A stretch of 64,000 nucleotides of DNA from Hormiphora californensis (Eukaryota > Animalia > Ctenophora), in the NCBI GenBank assembly GCA_020137815.1, contig CM035355.1, positions 1,674,001-1,738,000 on the forward strand, read 5' to 3'. Made by a program: the position numbers and the translations under genes. The notes beneath the pieces are model-generated. The model was not told the origin of the DNA. It worked only from the letters and a program-made list of their open reading frames with translations, and ran no database searches. Each line of letters opens with the position of its first letter. The first letter of the stretch is position 1. Positions 63,661 to 64,000 of the stretch are shown here, in pieces.

Positions 63661-64000
63661 AAACAATGTATGAAGACAATTTATACTACGAGAATTGTGG
63701 TAGAGAGATGAGAGAGAGTTGAGGATCCCGAATTAGAGTGTGAAACCGTGAAGTTAGAACGACCAGTACTCTTTTCACTCACGCTTTCTAAACTGGTCTT
63801 TCTTACTAATTTATATTTAATACTTATTCTTTTTATGTGAAATATTCATTTCTGGATCTCTAGATCCAAGAGCATATTCTATTAATCTGCAGTAAGCAGA
63901 GACAGTATATTTCATCATCCGATTTAAATATGGTTTAACTAACAAAAATTACCCTCAGAAAATATCTTCTTGAAAAATATCTGGAAATCCTTGGTATAAA

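Larger units (their letters stand above)
59204..64000 (+). mobile_element. L2/CR1-group LINE (LINE-B) with a complete 5' end; 3' tail not reached in the window
   Basis: ORF1 with PHD and zinc knuckles, ORF2 APE-RT. The 5' junction is defined by the host duplication. Confidence 0.92.

Overview
Eukaryotic (animal) genomic DNA with small GT-AG introns and many CT/GA microsatellites. It is most likely a ctenophore, inferred from two spliced-leader-like sequences ending in TTGAG. Host genes: the 3' (SH2) end of an Nck adaptor, a VLCAD/ACAD9-type acyl-CoA dehydrogenase, a secreted CAP-domain protein, tRNA-Thr(AGT), an intronless BK-channel beta-subunit-like (KCNMB/CaKB) gene, a class A GPCR with a partial duplicate, a myocardin/MRTF gene, NDUFA5 and a truncated glycogenin. 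Mobile DNA is dense: a CRE-clade retrotransposon with an 11-bp TSD, two unrelated long L2/CR1-group LINEs, a Penelope fragment carrying a hammerhead ribozyme, a non-autonomous hAT, and many nested TA-targeting MITEs. Main observation: both long LINEs begin with a copy of a mature spliced leader (25343-25373 and 59204-59246). In the second case the leader starts exactly at the insertion junction defined by a host duplication. This suggests LINEs that obtain, and possibly regenerate, their 5' end through host SL trans-splicing. Both LINEs also carry an in-phase A-AAA-AAY -1 slippery site that would be needed to translate the first endonuclease motif of ORF2. Leader identity and family assignments come from recalled motifs, not database searches.
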